Positions 59,159-59,159 of a stretch of 59,159 nt of DNA are shown here, piece by piece; positions within the stretch are counted from its first letter, which is position 1, and each line of letters opens with the position of its first letter. Below the pieces are notes generated by a model that saw only the letters and a list, made by a program, of their open reading frames with translations, was not told the DNA's origin and searched no databases. Source of the DNA: Pseudomonadota bacterium (lineage in GTDB: Bacteria; Myxococcota_A; UBA9160; PR03); contig QEVM01000005.1 of the NCBI GenBank assembly GCA_003576805.1, positions 1-59,159 of the forward strand, read 5' to 3'. Position numbers and translations under genes: made by a program.

Positions 59159-59159
59159 G

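Overview
Chromosomal window from a very high-GC bacterium (roughly 70-75% GC by eye; gene style suggests a Myxococcota/deltaproteobacterial lineage, which is an inference). Left arm: central-carbon and housekeeping genes (glycerate kinase, class I aldolase, SDRs, tRNA-Leu(GAG)-secG-tpiA-pgk-gap), then a two-gene unit of apparent pseudoenzymes (a degenerate penicillin-acylase-family protein and a DinB-like protein lacking its catalytic Asp-Glu but keeping a QLPLF clamp motif) and a PilZ protein. Middle (about 15.1-40.8 kb): a large cell-surface glycan locus with gpgS, kdsA, GT39, WcaJ, exosortase-EpsI, Wzm/Wzt, several GT2/GT4 enzymes, three methyltransferases (two share a His-x-x-Asn heptad coiled coil), a sulfatase-like lipoprotein, two SGNH proteins and a secreted protein made of five near-identical 52-aa DxNxDG repeats. 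Right arm: lon, tRNA-Leu(CAG), rnr, an aminotransferase, ABC-F, a DUF1998 helicase fused to an RNase H-like nuclease, and a sulfur module (CymR-like Rrf2 ending MYYI, a capped MoaD/CysO carrier, a JAB peptidase, a TolB-like lipoprotein, sat), then ald. No integrase, transposase, rRNA or CRISPR array was seen. All calls rest on motif recognition by eye; no database searches were run.
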